NCBI GenBank assembly: GCA_902386535.1
Contig: CABMJK010000039.1
Coordinates: 678 to 64,677, forward strand
Reading direction: 5' to 3'
From: Candidatus Burarchaeum australiense
GTDB lineage: Archaea > Micrarchaeota > Micrarchaeia > Burarchaeales > Burarchaeaceae
DNA: 64,000 nt
Below, piece by piece: positions 60,668 through 64,000 of the stretch. The translations under genes and the position numbers were made by a program. The notes beneath the pieces are model-generated. The model saw nothing but the letters and a program-made list of their open reading frames with translations. It made no database searches and was not told the DNA's origin. How positions within the stretch are numbered: position 1 is the first letter of the stretch; every line of letters begins with the position of its first letter.

Positions 60668-61073
60668 GGACCGCGTGAAAAAAGTGCAGCCGGACAGGCT
60701 GCAGGCGCAGGAATGCCTGAAGGCCGCCGGGCGCGACGTGAGGGTCGCAAAGAAGATGCTGGCTGAAGATTTTGACTGGGCGTTTTCCGTTGCGTACAAT
60801 GCCATGCTGCAGTCCGCCAGGGCGCTGATGTTTGCGGACGGTTACGCGCCGGTTGGGGAAAACCACCACAAGATAGCAGTAGACTATGCAGACGTGAAGC
60901 TCGGCACAAAGTTCAAGGAAAAAGTCGAACTGTTTGATGATATGCGGAAAAAGCGCCACAAGGCAGTTTACGAGAAGGTCGGCGCCATCTCGGAATACGA
61001 GGCCAGGCACGCGATAGAAACTGCCGATGATTTCCTGCGGAAAGTAAGGGAGAAGCTAGGGGCTGAAAAATAA
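60642..61073 (+). CDS. HEPN domain protein (toxin-like partner of MNT)
   Basis: A helical protein with AFSVAYNAMLQSARALM and RKKRHKAVYE (an Rx4-6H-like motif). It overlaps the upstream NTase gene by 26 nt. Confidence 0.7.
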   Translation: MNLSDLLAEDRVKKVQPDRLQAQECLKAAGRDVRVAKKMLAEDFDWAFSVAYNAMLQSARALMFADGYAPVGENHHKIAVDYADVKLGTKFKEKVELFDDMRKKRHKAVYEKVGAISEYEARHAIETADDFLRKVREKLGAEK

Positions 61074-61075
61074 GA

Positions 61076-61265
61076 TGGGCCTGAGGAGATTTGTTCGGCC
61101 CCGTTTGCATCGGGGTTTAGAAAGGGGGCGCGGAGCGTGCCCCCTTCTTTGAACTCCTGACCTACGGCTCTCCCAGACGGGAACCGGGTGCTCACAGCCG
61201 CTTTGAGATTATATCAAAGCGCGTCATATAAGACCGCCGCTCTGACCGGACTGAGCTACAGGCCC
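61076..61265 (-). tRNA. tRNA-Ile-like with anticodon UAU and two introns (57 nt at 37/38, 61170-61226; about 58 nt in T-loop, about 61090-61147)
   Basis: Hand-folded: GGGCCTG TA GCTC AGTCCGGTCA GAGC G GCGGT CUUAUA|intron1|A GCCGT AGGTC AGGAG TTCAAA|intron2|T CTCCT CAGGCCC A. The anticodon stem has two G-U pairs. Identity is inferred from the anticodon, the 5-nt variable loop and the GGGCC.. acceptor. Confidence 0.65.
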
Positions 61266-61270
61266 AATCA

Positions 61271-61285
61271 GGAACCCCTGGTTCC
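61271..61285. repeat. Hairpin GGAACC-CCT-GGTTCC, 5 nt upstream of the tRNA-Ile 5' end
   Basis: A 6-bp inverted repeat with the same core as the other three copies. Confidence 0.6.
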
Positions 61286-61349
61286 CGATACCTTCCTCCC
61301 TTTAGGCGTGCAAATTTAAATTAACTTAACCCGTGCCTGGCGCCCAGAA

Positions 61350-62570
61350 TTAGTAGCGCACGATTACCTTCTCGCCCACGTTCACGATGTTGTCGAGCGC
61401 GAGCGTGAGGCGCTGGCCCAGCGCGGTCTGGATAACGAGCATGCCCTTGCGCCTGTCCACGCCAATAATTTTGCCTATGTAGGCGCCAATCTCGCTCAGC
61501 ACCTCCTTGTTCTCGAGCTTCATCGAGCTGACTACGCTCATGCGGATTAGCTTGAGCGCCCATATCGAGACGAACGCCATGGCGATGCTCGCCACTATGC
61601 TTATCACGAATTCGGAGAAGGTGGCATCGGCCAGCACCCAGTCCGCGGCCGAGGAGAATAGCAGCCAGAGGATCATTATCATGATGAGGTACATTCCCTG
61701 GCGCGCGACCTCGAACTTCCTGCCCTCCTGCAGCAGGTCCACTATCCTGCCGAGAACCACGAGCACGGCCGCCCAGGGCAGCAGTATGAGCAGGCTGCGT
61801 ATGACCAGCGCCGAGGTTTTCACCACGTCGGTGCCCGCATGGGCTGCGCTGGAATAGGCCTGCACGCCGAGCCAGAGCGAGATTACGAAGAAGGGCAGGG
61901 CGGCCAGGTAGGCTATGAGCGAAATTTTCTCGACCGAGATGTGGAGGTCCAGCAGACCCGTGAGCCGGTAGTCTATGCCAAAGCCCTTGATGAGCAGGTA
62001 AATTCCGAGCAGGGCGGCGAGCAGCTTCCAGCCCACACCCAGGTAATCGCCAATCACGAGCGCGAGCAGCAGGAGCGCGGGAATGCCGAAGACCAGTTGG
62101 GCGTAATAGGGCTCGCGCAGCTTTTCCAGAAGCACGAAATAGGTTTTCTCCAGCTCCTGCGCCTGCTTCATCACCACGTTCTTCTTCGAGTCTATCTTCA
62201 CGCGGGACTGGATGATGGGCAGCACTTCCTCGTCGCTCGCGCCGTCGCTCACGAACACGCAACTGTCGGCCTTGAACTGGCTCAGCACGCGCTCAAGCTG
62301 GCCGCTGATTTCCTTGTCCGCCTGGTAGCCGAGCTTCGGGCTGCCCGTGAGCGTGACCACCTCGACCTCCTCCTCCTTGGAGAGCTCGTCGTAGGTCCTG
62401 ATCGCCTCGAAAATCGTATTGGCGTCCGGCTCCTCGGGGTCCGCGAGCGCCAGCTTGGTGGCCGCCTCGAGGTTGGCCTTCCTGCCGATGACAGGCCCGC
62501 TGATCTTGACCTTCTCGGACAGGTCGCTGTCCCGGTCTATGCAGAGCACGAGCACCTTGCGCTTGAGCAT
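61350..62570 (-). CDS. DUF373 family archaeal membrane protein
   Basis: An N-terminal soluble domain (VLVLCIDRDSDL...DANTIFEA....FVSDGASDE) followed by about 7 TM and a C-terminal small beta domain. I recognise the layout as DUF373. Confidence 0.65.
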   Translation of the reverse strand: MLKRKVLVLCIDRDSDLSEKVKISGPVIGRKANLEAATKLALADPEEPDANTIFEAIRTYDELSKEEEVEVVTLTGSPKLGYQADKEISGQLERVLSQFKADSCVFVSDGASDEEVLPIIQSRVKIDSKKNVVMKQAQELEKTYFVLLEKLREPYYAQLVFGIPALLLLALVIGDYLGVGWKLLAALLGIYLLIKGFGIDYRLTGLLDLHISVEKISLIAYLAALPFFVISLWLGVQAYSSAAHAGTDVVKTSALVIRSLLILLPWAAVLVVLGRIVDLLQEGRKFEVARQGMYLIMIMILWLLFSSAADWVLADATFSEFVISIVASIAMAFVSIWALKLIRMSVVSSMKLENKEVLSEIGAYIGKIIGVDRRKGMLVIQTALGQRLTLALDNIVNVGEKVIVRY

Positions 62571-62709
62571 GGAGGGATATGTGAAATTAGGGATTTAAAT
62601 AGGGAAATGGTTTACGAGGATGAGGGGGAGGACGGGCACCGTATCGCCCGGATGCGAATAACGCTTTTAAAACTGCACGTCTCCAATTACTCCATTCTAC
62701 TCAGGTGAA

Positions 62710-63246
62710 ATGATGAAAGTGGTACCAGGCCAGTTGCTCGGAACGGAAGAGGAAGTCATGCCGGGAGCGAACGCGGTGCTCGAGGGCAGCGACATAGTTG
62801 CCAGCGCCGTGGGCGAGGCCGAAGTGAAGAACAAGGTCGTGACCGTGCGCGCCCAGGGCATACCCGTGATGGTAAAGCCCGGCGACATCGTGGTGGGCAG
62901 GGTGGAGGCGGTTTTCGAGCCCGTGGCGCTCGTCAACCTCGGCCTGGACAGGACGAAGGACGGCCGCCAGGTCACTCTGCCGGGCTATGCGGTGCTCCAC
63001 GCCTCGCACGTGCGCAGCGGCTTCGTGAAGAACGTGCACGACGAGGTGAAGATAGGCGACATTTTGAAGGCACGGGTCGAGGAGATAAAGAGGGAGGACG
63101 TGGGCCTCACGATAAAGGAGAAGGGCCTTGGAGTGATAATCGCGTTCTGCACGAATTGCAGGACGAAAATGGAAAGGCGCGGGCCGGACTTCTACTGCGG
63201 AGTCTGCGACCGCGTTGAGAAAAGAAAAACGGCCGAGATAGATTAG
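62710..63246 (+). CDS. csl4: Exosome complex RNA-binding protein Csl4
   Basis: N-terminal domain, an S1 domain (PGDIVVGRVEAV...HVRSGFVKNVHDEVKIGDILKARV) and a zinc ribbon (CTNCRTKM....FYCGVC). Confidence 0.85.
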   Translation: MMKVVPGQLLGTEEEVMPGANAVLEGSDIVASAVGEAEVKNKVVTVRAQGIPVMVKPGDIVVGRVEAVFEPVALVNLGLDRTKDGRQVTLPGYAVLHASHVRSGFVKNVHDEVKIGDILKARVEEIKREDVGLTIKEKGLGVIIAFCTNCRTKMERRGPDFYCGVCDRVEKRKTAEID

Positions 63247-63266
63247 CCGGGTTTGGAGGGATTGAG

Positions 63267-63539
63267 ATGAAACTTGAATTCCTGAAGGACGAGAAGAATC
63301 ACATCGAGCTCATACTGCACGGCGAGGACCACTCCTTCCCGAACGCTCTGCGCGAGAAGATTCTCGAGGAGAAGGGCGTGGAGTTCGTCTCGGTCACGAG
63401 GGAGCACCCGACAGCAGCATTCCCGAAGCTGGTTCTCAAGACCAAGGGCAGGAGCGCGCGCGACGTGCTCGCCGAAGCGGTAAAGGCGCTGCAGAAGGAC
63501 ACGAAGGAATTCCTTGGGCCGATGAAGAGGAATGTCTGA
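63267..63539 (+). CDS. rpoL: DNA-directed RNA polymerase subunit L (Rpo11)
   Basis: MKLEFLKDEKNHIELILHGEDHSFPNALREKILEEKGVEFVSVTREHP. Confidence 0.9.
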   Translation: MKLEFLKDEKNHIELILHGEDHSFPNALREKILEEKGVEFVSVTREHPTAAFPKLVLKTKGRSARDVLAEAVKALQKDTKEFLGPMKRNV

Positions 63540-64000
63540 GTGAAAAACTTCCGCGTAATCGGAATCGATGACTCTTCTTTTACTCATGGGCAGCGCGAAT
63601 GCATGCTCGTGGGGGTCGTTTGCAGGCGCGGCGAGGTGGAAGGCATACTGACCTCCCGCGTGACGGTTGACGGCACTGATGCCACCGACAGGATTGCGGA
63701 AATGGTGCGCTCGTCGCGCTTCGCGCCGCAGCTCAGGTGCGTGCTGCTGAACAGCATCATGATGGGCGGCTTCAACGTTGTGAACATCCGGAAGCTGAGC
63801 GACGAGCTGGGCATGCCGGTGATAGCGATTACGCGGAAGAGGCCGGACAGGCTTGCGGCAGGGCGCGCCATAAAAAAACATTTCGCGGACTGGAAGCAAA
63901 GGCTGGCAATCGTCCGGCGTGCGGGCCGGGCGCGGGAATGCGGTCACAAATATAAAGTCTACCTGCAAATAGCAGGCACAGGTCTGGCGCAGGCAGAGGA
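63540..64000 (+). CDS. DUF99/UPF0215 family protein, C-terminus beyond right window edge
   Basis: Hand translation from GTG 63540 gives MKNFRVIGIDDSSF....LVGVVCRRGEVEGILTSRVTVDGTDATDRIAEMVRSSRF..QLRCVLLNSIMMGGFNVVNIRKLSDELGMPVIAITRKRPD. The frame is open to position 64000, so it is absent from the track. Confidence 0.7.
   Translation, partial: MKNFRVIGIDDSSFTHGQRECMLVGVVCRRGEVEGILTSRVTVDGTDATDRIAEMVRSSRFAPQLRCVLLNSIMMGGFNVVNIRKLSDELGMPVIAITRKRPDRLAAGRAIKKHFADWKQRLAIVRRAGRARECGHKYKVYLQIAGTGLAQAE

Noticed and set aside
1-64000. CRISPR arrays, rRNA genes, transposases and integrases
   Set aside because: I scanned intergenic regions for regularly spaced direct repeats and looked for recombinase or transposase-like translations. 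The only short repeats are the pilin-leader 31-mer (coding, two copies), the tRNA-associated hairpins and a few 11-12-nt duplicates. No array-like periodicity and no mobile-element enzymes were found.

Overview
This is a high-GC (spot counts roughly 55-65%) archaeal chromosomal segment. The archaeal assignment rests on hallmark genes read directly from the translations: aIF5A, aIF6, r-proteins S19e, S24e, S27ae, L31e, L39e, L40e, L41e and LX, RNase P Rpp21, RpoL, Csl4, Kae1 and Bud32, Fen1, aMBF1, prefoldin alpha, CDC48, FtsZ, archaeal-type SAM synthetase and HMG-CoA reductase. RNA genes found by eye are an SRP (7S) RNA and four tRNAs. Three of the tRNAs carry introns, one of them two introns, and two have introns in the T-loop. 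Housekeeping blocks: purL-purQ-purF-purD-purM; a methyl-cycle cluster (mtaD, MTA phosphorylase, ahcY); and the conserved archaeal rpp21-S19e-PDCD5-L39e-L31e-aIF6-LX-pfdA-ftsY superoperon. Accessory content: (1) An about 9.8 kb minus-strand operon (1-9801) holds six tandem paralogs of a polytopic membrane protein I cannot assign to any named family. They share three collinear motifs, and one paralog is split by an in-frame TAA. The operon ends in a >848-aa Cys-rich lipoprotein that runs off the window edge. This is my best candidate for an undescribed system. (2) A five-gene operon of class III (type IV pilin-like) signal-peptide proteins is followed by a protein with a peptidoglycan-binding domain and a degenerate LytM domain. 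(3) A bacterial sigma-70-family homolog with C-terminal repeats lies in a lower-GC island. (4) A 3D-domain (MltA-like) protein. (5) A HEPN/MNT pair next to an intron-rich tRNA. A GAACC-NNN-GGTTC hairpin recurs immediately 5' of the three intron-containing tRNAs. No CRISPR array, rRNA, transposase or integrase was seen. All calls come from reading sequence and translations only. No database search was run, so family names are recognition-based and start codons are approximate.
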